A stretch of DNA of 32,000 nucleotides from Aquifex aeolicus VF5 (GCF_000008625.1 NC_000918.1:870001-902000); one strand, 5' to 3'. Counted from the stretch's first letter, positions 1 through 9,681 are shown. Translations and numbers: made by a program. The notes: generated by a model from the sequence alone, not told the origin.

Positions 1-1369
1 GTATTCCGAGGTGAGGTCCGTAAGGTTTTCCAAATTCAAGTTCATCAAGGGATTTTATCTTCTTGGGTTTGGGTAGGTCTTCTATGTGTTTGGGATAGGG
101 TGGTTTTGCGAGGTGTCCGCCGGGTCTGTCTATGCAACCTAGGAGCATCATAAGGACAAATACAGCCCTTGCGGTCTGGTATCCGTTTGTGTGGGAAGCT
201 ATTCCCCTCATTATGTGGAAGGAAACTGGTCTTCCCACCATCTTCTTGTGCTTTCTGCCCCAGACGTCTGTCCACTCTATCGGGAGTTCTATGGGGTTGT
301 AAAGAGCCGTAACACCGAGTTCCTTTGCTATTCTCTCTATCGTTTCCGCAGGAATTCCTGTAATCTTTTCAACTTTTTCGGGCGTATAGTCCTTAACAAT
401 TCTTTCTGCGAAGATATCAAAGGCGGGTCTTACCTTGTATCCTTCTGGCGTTTCAAATTCTCCTATAAACGCGGGATCAAGGTCCTCGGGAACTATCCTG
501 TCTGCGGGTTTGAAGGAGTTGGACTTTTTGTCAAATACCATGGGCTTTCCTTCTTCATTCCTGTAGAAGAGTCCGTCCTTGGGTGTTCCAGGTGCTTGAA
601 TTACGAGCCAGGGGGCGTTCGTGAACTCTTTCAAGAATTCCCAATCTATCAGGTTGTACTTAAATAGAACGTGTGCGAGGCCTAAGATAAAGGCTCCGTC
701 CGTTCCGGGCTTTATGGGAACCCACTCGTCTGCTATCGCCCCGTAACTCCACCTTACAGGATTTACGAATACGAACTTTCCGCCTCTTCTCTTTAATTCC
801 TGAATTCCGAGCTTAAAGGGATTAGAAGCATGGTCTTCCGCAACACCAATCATCATGAAGTACTTGGTGTGCTCAAAGTCCGGGTCCCCGAACTCCCAGA
901 AGGAGTATCCTACTGACATCAGTCCTGCTGCTGCAACGTTTACAGAACAAAATCCTCCGTGAGCTGCCCAGTTCAGCGTTCCTATCTGTCCTGCAAACCA
1001 GCCGTTTATGGCCTGCATCTGGTCCCTTCCGGTGAAGAAAGCGACCTTTGAGGGGTTTTTCTGAGCCGCTTCCTTAATCCACTTTGCTGCAATCTCTAAA
1101 GCTTCGTCCCACTCTATTTCTTTAAACTGTCCTGAACCTCTCGGTCCTACTCTTAAGAGGGGTTTTCTCAATCTTGCGGGGGAGTATTCCTTCATTATTC
1201 CGGAAGAACCCTTAGCACAGAGAACTCCTTTGTTAAGCGGGTGGTCGTCGTTTCCTTTTATGTATGTAACTTTTCCGTTTCTGACGTAAACTTCTATACC
1301 GCACCTGCACGCACACATATAACAGGTGCTGTAATACTTCCTTTCGTAAAAACTACCGCCTATTTCCAT
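1..1369 (-). CDS. molybdopterin (Mo-bisPGD) oxidoreductase catalytic subunit, PsrA/PhsA/SoeA-like; 3' part runs off the left edge
   Basis: Manual reverse-strand translation from ATG at 1369, open to the window edge: MEIGGSFYERKYYSTCYMCACRCGIEVYVRNGKVTYIKGNDDHPLNKGVLCAKG... The CxxCxxxC...C [4Fe-4S] pattern is followed by VNPVRWSYGAIADEWVPIKPGTDGAFILGLAH, typical of this superfamily. Absent from the ORF track because no stop lies in the window. Confidence 0.88.
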   Translation of the reverse strand, partial: MEIGGSFYERKYYSTCYMCACRCGIEVYVRNGKVTYIKGNDDHPLNKGVLCAKGSSGIMKEYSPARLRKPLLRVGPRGSGQFKEIEWDEALEIAAKWIKEAAQKNPSKVAFFTGRDQMQAINGWFAGQIGTLNWAAHGGFCSVNVAAAGLMSVGYSFWEFGDPDFEHTKYFMMIGVAEDHASNPFKLGIQELKRRGGKFVFVNPVRWSYGAIADEWVPIKPGTDGAFILGLAHVLFKYNLIDWEFLKEFTNAPWLVIQAPGTPKDGLFYRNEEGKPMVFDKKSNSFKPADRIVPEDLDPAFIGEFETPEGYKVRPAFDIFAERIVKDYTPEKVEKITGIPAETIERIAKELGVTALYNPIELPIEWTDVWGRKHKKMVGRPVSFHIMRGIASHTNGYQTARAVFVLMMLLGCIDRPGGHLAKPPYPKHIEDLPKPKKIKSLDELEFGKPYGPHLGI

Positions 1370-1444
1370 TTTTAACCCTCCTGTACTTCCATTTAGAATA
1401 AGTCTTAAACTTTTCCATTTACAGTCACACTTTCTTAAGGGATT

Positions 1445-1474
1445 ATAAGCGAAACTTATGGGTCTTATAAGCAA
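1445..1474. promoter_or_regulatory. candidate operator in a divergent intergenic region
   Basis: Two TTATAAGC copies (1445-1452, 1467-1474) 22 bp apart; also ATAAG-CGAAA-CTTAT inverted repeat 1447-1461. Confidence 0.3.
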
Positions 1475-1497
1475 AAAGACGGGCTACCATATTCCTT

Positions 1498-2904
1498 ATG
1501 TTTTACATACTCATAATTCTTCTGGCTACTTTCTCGATGATACCGAACATAAATGAGTTTGCTTTCAGGTTTGAAGAAACCACCCGTGCGGTTGTAGCCT
1601 TTGAAATGTACCATTCAGGGAATTACTTTCAGCCCACAATTCTCGGAGATCCATACTACAACAAACCTCCTCTCTTTAACTGGTTTATTATTATTTCCTC
1701 CAAATTTTTCGGGTGGGACATTGTAACTGCAAGGGCAGTGAGTGTTTTCTTCACCCTTGCAAATGCCTTTCTTATTTACTTTTTTTCTTCGAAAGTCCTG
1801 AAAAATAAGGAAAAGGCTCTACTTTCTTCAGTGTTTTTTATTACCTTTGCTGACGTTTTATTCTGGTACGGGTGGCTTGCGGAAATAGACGTGACTTTGA
1901 GTTTCTTCGTCACTTTGTTGTTTATCCAGATTTACAAACTCTGGGAAGAAGGGAAACCCATTTATTACTACACTTCCGCGCTTTTGACAGGTTTGATTTT
2001 CATGATAAAGGGCTTTCCCGCATTTGCATTTTACGGACTGAGTTTAATTTCCCTGAGTATTTTTAAAAGGGACTTTAAGGTTCTGCTGAACTTCCACGCT
2101 TTTGCTTCCTACTTCCTCGCTTTAATTGCTTCCTTCTGGTGGCTTCCCTTTTCGGAAAATCCTGAATTTTACTTTAGGAGACTCTGGGAGGAGAGCTTTA
2201 GCAGAGTAGAGAGCTCTAAAGATCTGGAAAAGTTTTTAATTCACTTAATCACTTATCCTCTTTTGAACGTAAAACAACTCCTCCCCGCTTCTTTGTTTGT
2301 GATACCTTTAATCTTTACAAAGAGAATTTCACTTCCAAGGGAGCTTAAGTTCTTGCTCTTTCTCGTAATTTTTAACTACATTCCATATATTATTTCTGCA
2401 ACAAGTAGGGGAAGGTATGTTCTTCCGCTCTTTCCTATCTTAGCGGTAATTTTTGCCCACTTAATTCACGAATACTTGAGTAAGAACTGGAAAAAAGTTC
2501 TTTTATTCTCCTTAATTTTTGTAATAATTTTAAGATTTATTTACGGGATTTTCTTCCTTCCTTACGTAAACCACAGGAAGGGAGAGCCGAAACTTCAGGC
2601 GAAGGTAGCCTACGAGCTCACGAAAACTGGAAAAGTTGCCTGTGACTGTCCCAAGATAAAGGACTTCTGTCTTTACATCGGCTTTCTAAGGGGAGAACCT
2701 CTCCTGAGACCTAAGTACACGAAAGCCTGGGATTACTTGGTGGATTGTAAAGAGAGGAAAGATTTAAGCTTAATAAAGAAGTTTTACGTAAACAAGAAGG
2801 AGGTATACCTGTATGGTAGGTTTGCTTCTGGTTTTGCTATTAATACCTTTAATCGTTCTAGGGGTTCCAAGGTATTTGAAGGCATGTCTGGAGCTCGCCG
2901 TTGA
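1498..2904 (+). CDS. ArnT/PMT-like membrane glycosyltransferase (GT-C type)
   Basis: 468 aa, many hydrophobic segments; N-terminal GDPYYNKPPLFNWFI loop typical of the ArnT/dolichyl-phosphate-mannose transferase family. Confidence 0.75.
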   Translation: MFYILIILLATFSMIPNINEFAFRFEETTRAVVAFEMYHSGNYFQPTILGDPYYNKPPLFNWFIIISSKFFGWDIVTARAVSVFFTLANAFLIYFFSSKVLKNKEKALLSSVFFITFADVLFWYGWLAEIDVTLSFFVTLLFIQIYKLWEEGKPIYYYTSALLTGLIFMIKGFPAFAFYGLSLISLSIFKRDFKVLLNFHAFASYFLALIASFWWLPFSENPEFYFRRLWEESFSRVESSKDLEKFLIHLITYPLLNVKQLLPASLFVIPLIFTKRISLPRELKFLLFLVIFNYIPYIISATSRGRYVLPLFPILAVIFAHLIHEYLSKNWKKVLLFSLIFVIILRFIYGIFFLPYVNHRKGEPKLQAKVAYELTKTGKVACDCPKIKDFCLYIGFLRGEPLLRPKYTKAWDYLVDCKERKDLSLIKKFYVNKKEVYLYGRFASGFAINTFNRSRGSKVFEGMSGARR

Positions 2905-3073
2905 CGCTAAAGTGGCTCTGGAAAACGCGGAGGAGTTCACGGGAAAGGTTTACAAGCTTTACCTCACGAAGAGGCGCTCTGGAGATTGCCTTTATAAGAT
3001 TAAGGGTGAGAAGGGAAAGGCGATTGTGGACGCACTCACGGGAAAAGTTGTAAAATTCTTCAAGAGTGAGTAG
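2813..3073 (+). CDS. small protein with N-terminal TM/signal and PepSY-like tail, overlapping the 3' end of the previous ORF
   Basis: 86 aa; hydrophobic start MVGLLLVLLLIPLIVLGVP, then GKVYKLYLTKRRSGDCLYKIKG...AIVDALTGKVVKFF, resembling a PepSY repeat (DAxTGxV). Coding status plausible, not proven. Confidence 0.5.
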   Translation: MVGLLLVLLLIPLIVLGVPRYLKACLELAVDAKVALENAEEFTGKVYKLYLTKRRSGDCLYKIKGEKGKAIVDALTGKVVKFFKSE

Positions 3074-3629
3074 TTATTTCCCAGTTTACCTGGATTTAAA
3101 GGACAAGGAAGTTCTCGTTATTGGGGGCGGCAGGGTAGCCACGAGAAAGGTAAAGACGCTTCTTGAATTTACAAAAAATATCACGATAGTCTCACCGAAG
3201 GTTACTGAAGAATTGAAAAATTTAATAAAAGAAAAGAAAATTAAGTGGATTGATAGAAAGTTCAAACCTTCGGATTTAAAGGACAAATTCCTCGTAGTGG
3301 TAGCGGTGGACGATATTAAACTTCAGAAAAGGGTTTTCAATCTGTGTGAAAAGAGAGGGATACTGTGCAATTCCGTTGACTCTCCTAAGTACTGCAACTT
3401 TATATTCCCATCAATAATAAAAAGGGGGGATTTAGTGATAAGTATTTCAACGTCGGGAAAGGTTCCAGCTCTGTCGCGGGCACTCAGGGAGAAAATTGAG
3501 GAATGTTTACCAGAAAATATAGAGGAAATTATGAAAGAACTAGAAATTATAAGGAAATCGGAAGAGAAAGGTGAGGAAAGACAGAAAAAGCTTTTAAGAC
3601 TTGCCAGAGAGCTTCTAAAGAATTTTTGA
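3066..3629 (+). CDS. siroheme synthase N-terminal domain-like protein (precorrin-2 dehydrogenase / sirohydrochlorin ferrochelatase, Met8/CysG N-term type)
   Basis: KEVLVIGGGRVATRKVKTLLEFTKNITIVSP Rossmann motif and NSVDSPKYCNFIFPSIIKRGDLVISISTSGKVPALSRALREKIE, diagnostic of this family. Confidence 0.9.
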   Translation: MSSYFPVYLDLKDKEVLVIGGGRVATRKVKTLLEFTKNITIVSPKVTEELKNLIKEKKIKWIDRKFKPSDLKDKFLVVVAVDDIKLQKRVFNLCEKRGILCNSVDSPKYCNFIFPSIIKRGDLVISISTSGKVPALSRALREKIEECLPENIEEIMKELEIIRKSEEKGEERQKKLLRLARELLKNF

Positions 3630-4528
3630 AATTTTTACCGCTCTTTTTCCGTTCTTTTCGCCTAAAATTCCCAAAAACTTTAACCTTCCCTGAACTAAAA
3701 CTTCCACTTCCTCTTGAGGCGTTTTTCCGGTAAGGATCACGAAACCCTTTCCCATGTTTACAACTTTGTTTAATTTGTCTTTCCTTTTAAAGAGTAAAAC
3801 TTCTAAGTTCACGGGCACTTTGAGAAGTGCGCTCAGGAGTTCTTCCCTTTCCTTCGGATCGGGTTTTCTCATAGATAGTTCTTCCTTTATTTCCTTTAAA
3901 AGGTAGAGTGGGAAAGCTAAGAAAAGACTTCTCTTTAAGGTTTCGTTCTCCACGCCGAGTTCCGCAACGTAGTGGTCGTCGTCCAGATCAAGTTCGTAAA
4001 CGTTTTCAGAAAGTTCGCAATCTGTTACGTCTCTTGTAAAAAATTCGTTCCAGACTTCCCTGAAGGTACTGCAAAAGCTTTCACTCAGTTTGGTGAGCAT
4101 ACTCATTTCCAGTCTGGAGAAGGGCTTTCCTTCAAGTTCGTACGGTTCTCCACCGAGCATCATGCTTATAAAGGCGTAAGAGAGTTTTGCGTCTAGCAGT
4201 GTGTAAAATCTCCGACTTCCTCGAGGTGTTGTCTTATAAAAACTACGGGAGGGGACAGGTTGGGAAGTATTTTTGAAAGGGGTTTTACGTCCTTTTCCTT
4301 TACCTTAACCTTCAGGTTTGAGAGAGTGATTTTCTTTAGTTCCTCCGAGAGCCTTTCCGTAAAAGTGCTCAGGAACTGCTCAAGTCTGGGGTAACGTTCC
4401 GAGGATATTTTTTCCAAGCTGTCAAAGTCAAAGGGCTGTAAACCTTGCGGGATTTTTTCTACCTTTTTCTTCTCTAGGGTTTCCATTAAGAACTCTATCT
4501 CTTCCTGAGAAAGGAGTTCCTCGCTCAT
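3615..4528 (-). CDS. fliM: flagellar motor switch protein FliM, split into two frames by an apparent 1-nt deletion
   Basis: N-terminal frame 4528..4193 starts MSEELLSQEEIEFLM (the LSQxEI CheY-binding motif of FliM). The other frame, up to 3615, carries LLDAKLSYAFISMMLGGEPYE...VQGRLKFLGILGEKNGKRAVKISKIL (FliM middle plus FliN/SpoA-type C-terminus). The frames join near the A5 run at 4238-4242. Confidence 0.85.
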
Positions 4529-5253
4529 CAGTAAACTCCGTACCTTAAAATGTACTCCTCGTACTCGGGAAAGTCTCGGACGTCCACAAAGGAGCCCGAC
4601 TCTACACTCTCCAGTTTCGGAAGAATGGAAAATATAAACTCCGCAGTCTTTTCAGGTGTGAGTTTAGGAGCGTTCTTTATCCTCTTTATGGACGGGTACT
4701 TTTCCTCATTCTGCGACATTACCTCTTTCAGCATAGGTGTGAGCACAAGTCCTGGAGCCAAGGAAATTACTTTAGTTTCGGGGAGTTCCCAGGAGTAGAG
4801 TTTTAAGAGGCAGTTTAGCCCCGCCTTTGAAAGGGAGTAGGCGTTCCAACCCCTGTTGCAGTTCCTCGCAGCCCCCGAAGAAATACCTATTAAAGTTTTT
4901 ACCTTTATTCCGAGTTCCATAAGCGTGTCTATTATTACCTTGTTGGACCACAGGTTTACCTTCATCACTTCGTCTATTTCGTGTAGGCTTATGTCCTTCA
5001 TATCGGAAAACTTTCCGAGGATTCCCGCGTTCAGGATTGCAAGTTCCAGTTCTTTTACACCACTAAGGAGTTTAAAAAGACAGCCTTGAACTTCTTCTAC
5101 CTTTAAAAGGTCGCACTTTACAAAGTGTATCTTCTCCTTGAATTCCTCGGGCAGGTGTCTGCTTAAAGCGTAAACCTCGTAGCCCCTCTTTATTCCTTCC
5201 TCTACGAGTGCCTTTCCCAGCCCTGAGCCTATTCCCGTTATGAACAACTTCAT
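4528..5253 (-). CDS. short-chain dehydrogenase/reductase (SDR)
   Basis: TGIGSGLG cofactor motif, LAILNAG, and YSLSKAG (YxxxK) catalytic motif. Confidence 0.88.
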   Translation of the reverse strand: MKLFITGIGSGLGKALVEEGIKRGYEVYALSRHLPEEFKEKIHFVKCDLLKVEEVQGCLFKLLSGVKELELAILNAGILGKFSDMKDISLHEIDEVMKVNLWSNKVIIDTLMELGIKVKTLIGISSGAARNCNRGWNAYSLSKAGLNCLLKLYSWELPETKVISLAPGLVLTPMLKEVMSQNEEKYPSIKRIKNAPKLTPEKTAEFIFSILPKLESVESGSFVDVRDFPEYEEYILRYGVY

Positions 5254-5702
5254 TTTTCTTTCTCCTCAAAGACTTGGTTTATAAGAATTTTAACGTCCTC
5301 GTCGCCGGCTTGAGCCTGAGCAAAGCCGTACAGGTCTCCCCTTTTAAAACCGGCGGTAGGCTCTTTTGATATTCTCGCGGTTAGCATAAGTTTTCCTTCT
5401 ATAAAGTCCTCGGGGACGATTTTGTGTTTTCCGGTTATCTTAAACCTGTAAGGGAAATCTGGATTTTTAACTCTCAAAACCGCTACAGGTCTGGAACTTC
5501 CCTCCTTCATAACCGCTATTATTAGGTACCTTTCTCCTTTAGGAATTTTCTCCTTTAGTTTATCGTCCAGTATTACGACTCCCTTTACGTACTGCTTTTT
5601 GTACTTTTCAAGTATCTTTTTACCTTCAGGCGTCTGGTATTTCTTGGGCAGTTCCTGACAGGAGTAAATCAGTAGGGAAAGCAGTAAAAAAATCCACTTC
5701 AT
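5250..5702 (-). CDS. putative lipoprotein of unknown function
   Basis: Signal plus lipobox LLLSLLIYSCQ; translationally coupled (overlapping starts/stops) with neighbouring mutS2 and SDR. Confidence 0.65.
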   Translation of the reverse strand: MKWIFLLLSLLIYSCQELPKKYQTPEGKKILEKYKKQYVKGVVILDDKLKEKIPKGERYLIIAVMKEGSSRPVAVLRVKNPDFPYRFKITGKHKIVPEDFIEGKLMLTARISKEPTAGFKRGDLYGFAQAQAGDEDVKILINQVFEEKEK

Positions 5703-7987
5703 GTTTCTTCTCCGTACTCTAAGTATACTACCGTGACGCCCGAACCCCCTTCCTTGGGATAGGCGTCCCTGAAGAACTTAACCTTTTCGTTTTTTGAAAG
5801 GGCTTCCCTTACAGCACTCTTTAACTTTCCGCTTCCTATGCCGTGTATTACTTTAACGACTTTGTACCCAGCACTGTAAGCTTCTTCTATGAACTTTTCC
5901 AGTTCCCTTACCGCGGTTTCCACGTCTTTGCCGATTAAGTTTAGCGTGTCCCTTTTTTCCATTACCGGAGTTTGAACGGTCACTTTCGTTTCCTTTTGCG
6001 GCTCTGCCTTTCCCACCTTCTGTAGCTCTCTTGTATCAAGCCACATCCTGAGGTGATCCACGAGAACTAAAGCTTTATTACCTTTTACTTCCAGAACTTT
6101 ACCTTTCTTTCCCATGAACTCTACGAGGTCTCCTACTTCCAGTTTCTGGGGTTTTTGGGGTGCTAAATTCTCTATTTCCTCCCTCTTTTTGGAAACGAAC
6201 TCTTTTATCTCCTTCTTTTCCTTTGCTTTTTTAAAGATTTCTTCAGACTCCTGCACGAGCTTTCTGAGGTATTCCCTCGCCTCTTTGTAGGCCTCCTTCC
6301 AGCCCTTTCTCTTTGCCTCCTCGTACTCCTTCCTGAGCTTTTCTACTTCTTCTTTCTCCTTCTGTAGTTCCTTTCTGAGCTCTTCTAGTTTCCTGAACTC
6401 CTCCTCGTACTTCTTCACGTAGTCCGAGAGTTTTTCCATAGCCTTTATGTACTGCTCTCCGAATTCTCCCACGTGTCTTTTTGCGATTTCTATAACTTCG
6501 CTCGGGATTCCGTACTTCTGGGCTATGTAAAAGGCCATACTCTCTCCAACCGTGTTGTAGGCAATTTTATAAAGAGGTTTTAAGGTTTCCCTATCAAAGA
6601 GGACGCTTGCGGGTGTGTAGTAATCGGAGTTTGTTGAGTAGAGCTTTATAGGCGTGTGGTGCGTTGTGACGAATACCCAAGCCTTTTTCTTCTTTAAGTA
6701 CTCCAGTATACCTATACCCAGTGCGGAACCCTCTATCGGGTCCGTTCCCGCCCCCAGCTCGTCTATGAGAACTAAAGTATTTTCATCGCTCTTTGGTAAG
6801 AACTCCGCCATGTTTTTCACGTGTGCCGAAAAGGTGGAAAGGTTTTGTTCTATACTCTGCTCGTCCCCGATATCAGTAAAGACTTTTTCAAACAACGGAA
6901 GTTTGCTATTTGGACTTGCAGGAACGGGAATAGCACTCTGGAACATCAAGACGCTGAGACCGAGGGTTTTTAAAGCCACAGTCTTTCCACCCGTATTTGG
7001 ACCCGTCAGTATTAATCCCTTCTTTTCTTTGAGGAGTATACCAACTGGAACAACGTCTTCCTTTACTAATACTAAAACGGGGTGTCTAGCCTCGTAGAGT
7101 TCTACCCATTCTCCAAAGTCGGGAAAGCTTCCTTCTACAAGTTTTGAAAACCTGTACTTACATTGCTGGAAATCAACCTCTACACAGGCTTCAAAGCTCT
7201 CAAGAAGTTCTTTTGCGTAATCCCCTATGTATTCGGTTATCCTCTGGAGAACCTTTCTTACTTCTTCTTCCTCTTTTTGTTTTAATTCCGTGAGCTTGTT
7301 GTTCAGGTGTATTACGAACTGGGGCTCAACGTAAGTGGTGTAGCCAGAGGATGACGTTCCGTGAACTATTCCGAATATCTTTTTTACGTGGGAAGTCTTT
7401 ACAGGAATTACGTACCTTCCGTTCCTTATCGTGACTATCCTGTCGGATAAAAACTTGGCAGAATCTGGTCTGTTTATTAGGTTATCTAGCCTCTTTTTAA
7501 TTTCCTCTTCTACCGCCCTTATGCTCTTCCTTACCCTGAGGAGTTCCTCGCTCGCCTCGTCTTTTACAAAACCCCTCGGGTCTATGCTACCGATGATTAA
7601 GTTTTCCAAGGGAGAGAAAGTGTAGAGTTTTTTGTAAACCTTCCTTAAAGGTTCTAACCTCTGAACGTGGGAACTGAGAACCCTCCTTATTTCCTTCGTC
7701 AGGTTTATGACGTTGAGGATCTTAAGTATGTCCTCTACGCCGAGAATTGCCCCTTGGAGCTTTGCCTTCTTTAAGAGTTCCCTTATGTCTTCGAACTCAA
7801 AGAGTCTTACGTTTTCCGCTATATCAAAAAAAGCCTTGGAGAGTTCTATTTCTTCCTTTACTTTTTCTTTGTTCGTATATGGCTTTAGGTTCTGTATTTT
7901 TTCCTTTGTAGCCGGCGAGTGGGCGTAAGAGGCGAGAACTTCTTTTACTTTGTCAAACTCCAGTTTAATTAAATCCTTTTCCCTCAT
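5699..7987 (-). CDS. mutS2: MutS2 family ATPase with C-terminal Smr domain
   Basis: Walker A LTGPNTGGKTVALKTLGLS, Walker B LVLIDELGAGTDPIEGSALG, coiled coil, C-terminal KVIHGIGSGKLKSAVREAL. Confidence 0.96.
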   Translation of the reverse strand: MREKDLIKLEFDKVKEVLASYAHSPATKEKIQNLKPYTNKEKVKEEIELSKAFFDIAENVRLFEFEDIRELLKKAKLQGAILGVEDILKILNVINLTKEIRRVLSSHVQRLEPLRKVYKKLYTFSPLENLIIGSIDPRGFVKDEASEELLRVRKSIRAVEEEIKKRLDNLINRPDSAKFLSDRIVTIRNGRYVIPVKTSHVKKIFGIVHGTSSSGYTTYVEPQFVIHLNNKLTELKQKEEEEVRKVLQRITEYIGDYAKELLESFEACVEVDFQQCKYRFSKLVEGSFPDFGEWVELYEARHPVLVLVKEDVVPVGILLKEKKGLILTGPNTGGKTVALKTLGLSVLMFQSAIPVPASPNSKLPLFEKVFTDIGDEQSIEQNLSTFSAHVKNMAEFLPKSDENTLVLIDELGAGTDPIEGSALGIGILEYLKKKKAWVFVTTHHTPIKLYSTNSDYYTPASVLFDRETLKPLYKIAYNTVGESMAFYIAQKYGIPSEVIEIAKRHVGEFGEQYIKAMEKLSDYVKKYEEEFRKLEELRKELQKEKEEVEKLRKEYEEAKRKGWKEAYKEAREYLRKLVQESEEIFKKAKEKKEIKEFVSKKREEIENLAPQKPQKLEVGDLVEFMGKKGKVLEVKGNKALVLVDHLRMWLDTRELQKVGKAEPQKETKVTVQTPVMEKRDTLNLIGKDVETAVRELEKFIEEAYSAGYKVVKVIHGIGSGKLKSAVREALSKNEKVKFFRDAYPKEGGSGVTVVYLEYGEET

Positions 7988-7993
7988 TCCTGA

Positions 7994-8617
7994 CTATTCG
8001 TACTCTTTACCGTACTTCTTATAGAGGTAAATAATCCTCATCAAAAGAGATGCAAGTGTTAAAAGTGCAACGAGTTTTATACCAAAGCCAAGTCCTACCG
8101 GTATCGGACTTCTTTCTAAGATTGAAAAGAGTATTATCGTGATGTGGGTTTCAGGTCTCCCGAAAAATCCAACTCCTTCTAATGGATCAACGATTTTCCC
8201 CTTCTTTCTTTCCGTATAACCGATTTCCGCGTAAGCTACAGGTTTTATAAAGGAGTGGAGCATGGAAAGGGTTATAGCTACTATCGCAACGAAGGGAGAG
8301 GCGTATGCAAAGCCTATAGCTCCCAGAACGAGTCCGTCCACCCACTTGTCCGCTATCCAGTCAAACACAGCCCCGAACTTAGTAGTTTTTCCCGTAGTTC
8401 TGGCAACTACGCCATCAAGCAGGTCAAAGAGTCCGGAGAGTGCGAGTAAAAAAGCACCAGAAAGAGTTTTATGGTGAAAGTAAAAGTAAGCGGAAATACT
8501 TCCTAAGAAGAGGGATATTAAGGTTATAAAGTTGGGGGGAAAGCCCGTTCTCGCCAGGCTCTCCCCGAGAGGATAGTAAAGCTTTTTTAAGCTCTCTCTC
8601 TTGCTTGTTAAGTTCAT
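7994..8617 (-). CDS. CDP-alcohol phosphatidyltransferase
   Basis: [27 protein letters not shown] fits DGxxAR(x8)GxxxDxxxD; multiple TM segments. Confidence 0.92.
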   Translation of the reverse strand: MNLTSKRESLKKLYYPLGESLARTGFPPNFITLISLFLGSISAYFYFHHKTLSGAFLLALSGLFDLLDGVVARTTGKTTKFGAVFDWIADKWVDGLVLGAIGFAYASPFVAIVAITLSMLHSFIKPVAYAEIGYTERKKGKIVDPLEGVGFFGRPETHITIILFSILERSPIPVGLGFGIKLVALLTLASLLMRIIYLYKKYGKEYE

Positions 8618-9615
8618 TTAAGCTCCTTCTTTCCGAGCCAGGGCATCATCTTTCTGAGCTCTTCCCCTACTTTCTCCACGAGGTGTTCTCTGTCCCTCTC
8701 CAGGAGTGCGTAGTACACGGGTCTTCCGGCTTTGTTTTCCAGTATCCATTCCCTCGCAAACTCACCTTTCTGTATCTCTTCTAAGGTCTTCTCCATTACG
8801 GGTTTTACCACTTTGTAAATCCTTTCACCTCTTGTAACGTCCCCGTACTTGGCTGTGTCTGAAATGGAGTACCTCATTCCGGAAATGCCGTGTTCGTATA
8901 TTAAATCCACTATAAGTTTAAGTTCGTGCAAACACTCAAAGTACGCAACCTCCGGCTGGTATCCCGCATTTACCAAAGTCTCAAATCCTGCCTTTATAAG
9001 TGCTGTCACTCCACCGCAGAGAACCATCTGTTCACCGAAGAGGTCCGTTTCCGTCTCTTCTTTGAATGTGGTCTCTATAACTCCCGCCCTCGTTGCACCT
9101 ATCCCTTTAGCGTAGGCGAGGGCTTTGTCCTTGCACGTTCCAGAAGCGTCCTGATGTATGGCCACGAGTGCCGGAACTCCCTTGCCTTCGGTGTACATCC
9201 ACCTCACAAGGTGTCCGGGGCCTTTAGGAGCTACCATGAAAACGTCAACATCCTTGGGAGGAACTATCTGTCTGAAGTGTATGTTAAAGCCGTGTGCAAA
9301 TGCAAGAGTCTTTGAGGAGTTGAGTTCGGGCTCCACCTCGTTTTTGTAAACTTCGGGCTGAACTGTATCGGGAATGAGGAACATTATGATATCAGCTCTC
9401 TTTGCCGCTTCTCTTGGAGTGTAGACTTCAAAGCCGTCCGCTTTAGCCTTTTCCCTTGAACGGCTTCCTTCGTGCAGTCCTATTATTACGTTAAGTCCGC
9501 TGTCTCTTAGATTAAGAGCGTGAGCGTGTCCCTGACTGCCGTAACCGAGAATTGCTATTACCTTGTCTTTTAGTATGTCAAGACTTGCGTCTTCGTCGTA
9601 GTATATCTTTGCCAT
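8614..9615 (-). CDS. ilvC: ketol-acid reductoisomerase
   Basis: [94 protein letters not shown]. Confidence 0.98.
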   Translation of the reverse strand: MAKIYYDEDASLDILKDKVIAILGYGSQGHAHALNLRDSGLNVIIGLHEGSRSREKAKADGFEVYTPREAAKRADIIMFLIPDTVQPEVYKNEVEPELNSSKTLAFAHGFNIHFRQIVPPKDVDVFMVAPKGPGHLVRWMYTEGKGVPALVAIHQDASGTCKDKALAYAKGIGATRAGVIETTFKEETETDLFGEQMVLCGGVTALIKAGFETLVNAGYQPEVAYFECLHELKLIVDLIYEHGISGMRYSISDTAKYGDVTRGERIYKVVKPVMEKTLEEIQKGEFAREWILENKAGRPVYYALLERDREHLVEKVGEELRKMMPWLGKKELK

Positions 9616-9681
9616 GCGTGACCTCCTGAAGGATTTATTATAAAGAACAAATTGTAAGATAATAATGTCGGGAGGTAGGTT

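Noticed and set aside
191-667. 158-aa plus-strand ORF
   Set aside because: Fully antisense to the in-frame molybdopterin oxidoreductase coding sequence; no family-like features.
4236-4250. Programmed -1 frameshifting at GTT TTT ATA in fliM
   Set aside because: Not a canonical X_XXY_YYZ heptamer (ATA to TAT re-pairing fails) and I saw no clear downstream pseudoknot. A 1-nt indel or sequence error is the simpler explanation, though direct testing is still worthwhile.
5072-5269. 65-aa minus-strand ORF
   Set aside because: Same-strand alternative frame inside the SDR and lipoprotein junction; the SDR frame carries conserved motifs.
6654-7097. 147-aa and neighbouring plus-strand ORFs (7431..7625, 7707..7928)
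   Set aside because: Antisense to mutS2, whose frame is strongly supported.
8926-9315. 129-aa plus-strand ORF
   Set aside because: Antisense to ilvC.
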